DNA of 24,861 nucleotides, taken from NCBI GenBank assembly GCA_035300005.1, contig DATGVT010000070.1:1-24861 (forward strand), given 5' to 3'. This DNA is from Candidatus Acidiferrales bacterium. GTDB taxonomy: Bacteria > Chloroflexota > Dormibacteria > Dormibacterales > Dormibacteraceae. A program made the position numbers and the translations under genes. Of this stretch, positions 23,918-24,861 are shown one piece after another (position 1 is the stretch's first letter; every line of letters begins with the position of its first letter). The notes below the pieces were generated by a model. It had not been told where the DNA came from and did no database searches. It saw nothing but the letters and a program-made list of their open reading frames with translations.

Positions 23918-24751
23918 ATGCGGGAGGACTGGCTGGAGCGCGACAGCGTCCGCCTGCACTACCTGGAGTGGCCGGCGGCGGAGGCGCAGGAGCCGGCGGT
24001 CCTGCTGCTGCACGGGCTCTCCTCGAACGCGCACTACTGGGAGCGGGTGGCAGCGCGCCTGCCTGGGCGCCGGCTGGTGGCCCTCGACCAGCGCAGCCAT
24101 GGCCTCTCCGACCGCCCGGCCGGAGCCAACGGCATGGGCGAGCTGGTGGCGGACGCCGCCCACGCGATCACCGACCTGGGCCTGGGCCGCCCGGTGGTGG
24201 CGGGCCACTCCTGGGGGGCCGCGGTGGCGCTCGACCTGGCCGCCACCCGGTCCGAGCTGGCCGGCGGCCTGGTCTTCATCGACGGCCCGGGATCGCCGCT
24301 GAGCGAGCTTCTGACCTGGGACCAGGCCGCGCAGATGATGCAGCCTCCGCTGCCCCGCTACGCGAGCCTGAAAGAGGCGGCCGCGGAGGCGCGGCGCGAC
24401 CTGGCCGAAGCCTGGGGCGCCGACCTGATGGAGTTCGTGCGGGCGAAGCTCACGCCCGACGGCGACGCGCTCGTCCTGACGCTGGGCGAGGCCGTTCGGC
24501 TGGAGATGCTGAAGGGCATCTACGCGTTCCAGCCAGGGCTGCTCTGGCCGCAGGTCGCTGGGCCCGTAACCGCGATCTGGGCCCGCAGCGCGCCGGCCCC
24601 CATCCTCAGCTGGAAGGAGGCGGCGGCCGAGCTGCTGCGGTCGCTCGTCCCCGACGCGGCCATCCGCTGGTACGAGTCGCCTCACGACGTCCCGCTGCAC
24701 CGGCCCGCCGAGGTGGCGGCCGACATCGAGGGGCTATGCGAGCGAGCGTGA
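23918..24751 (+). CDS. Alpha/beta-fold hydrolase
   Basis: LLLHGLSSN, LDQRSHG, nucleophile elbow GHSWG, C-terminal His (PHDVP). ATG 23918 lies 7 nt after CATAAT. Confidence 0.9.
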   Translation: MREDWLERDSVRLHYLEWPAAEAQEPAVLLLHGLSSNAHYWERVAARLPGRRLVALDQRSHGLSDRPAGANGMGELVADAAHAITDLGLGRPVVAGHSWGAAVALDLAATRSELAGGLVFIDGPGSPLSELLTWDQAAQMMQPPLPRYASLKEAAAEARRDLAEAWGADLMEFVRAKLTPDGDALVLTLGEAVRLEMLKGIYAFQPGLLWPQVAGPVTAIWARSAPAPILSWKEAAAELLRSLVPDAAIRWYESPHDVPLHRPAEVAADIEGLCERA

Positions 24752-24786
24752 GGGGTATCCTGCAGTTTCGGGAGCGCCCGCTGCAG

Positions 24787-24861
24787 ATGCCCAGACGCGT
24801 CACCGTCAGCCTGGCCCTGTTGGTGCTCGCGCTGGCGGCCTGTGGTGGGGGAGGCGGAACC
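24787..24861 (+). CDS. Lipoprotein (N-terminal fragment; runs off the window)
   Basis: MPRRVTVSLALLVLALAA-CGGGGGT: basic N-terminus, hydrophobic core, lipobox LAA-C. Confidence 0.7.
   Translation, partial: MPRRVTVSLALLVLALAACGGGGGT

Overview
Very GC-rich (about 70%+ by eye), densely coding chromosomal window from a probably monoderm bacterium. The gene set and a Chloroflexota-style Zn-finger protein suggest Chloroflexota or Ca. Dormibacterota, but that is inference. It holds about 32 CDSs. Gene groups are: a Ser/Thr kinase; Mo-cofactor genes (xdhC-like, cysteine desulfurase, moaC, moaB/mog); nickel-pincer genes (larB, larC); 5-oxoprolinase pxpA/B/C; a NIF3-like protein; a folB-larC-folD-folC operon; an ECF sigma/anti-sigma operon leading into a MacAB-like ABC exporter; a DHA2 MFS pump and a hydrolase. 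Signals the ORF track misses: (1) a peroxiredoxin with an in-frame UGA exactly at the peroxidatic Cys position and a SECIS-like hairpin behind it, i.e. a selenoprotein; (2) two copies of a 16-bp parS-like palindrome written into coding sequences, implying closeness to oriC; (3) a 208-bp MITE-like element with 26-bp imperfect terminal inverted repeats, inserted into a CTAG shared by two convergent stop codons; (4) widespread leaderless-type promoters, including overlapping bidirectional -10 boxes; (5) several genes that appear to need non-canonical start codons (CTG, ATC, ACG), including an unlisted 61-aa membrane protein. No rRNA, tRNA, CRISPR array, transposase or phage genes were seen. All family assignments come from motif recognition by eye; no database search was run.
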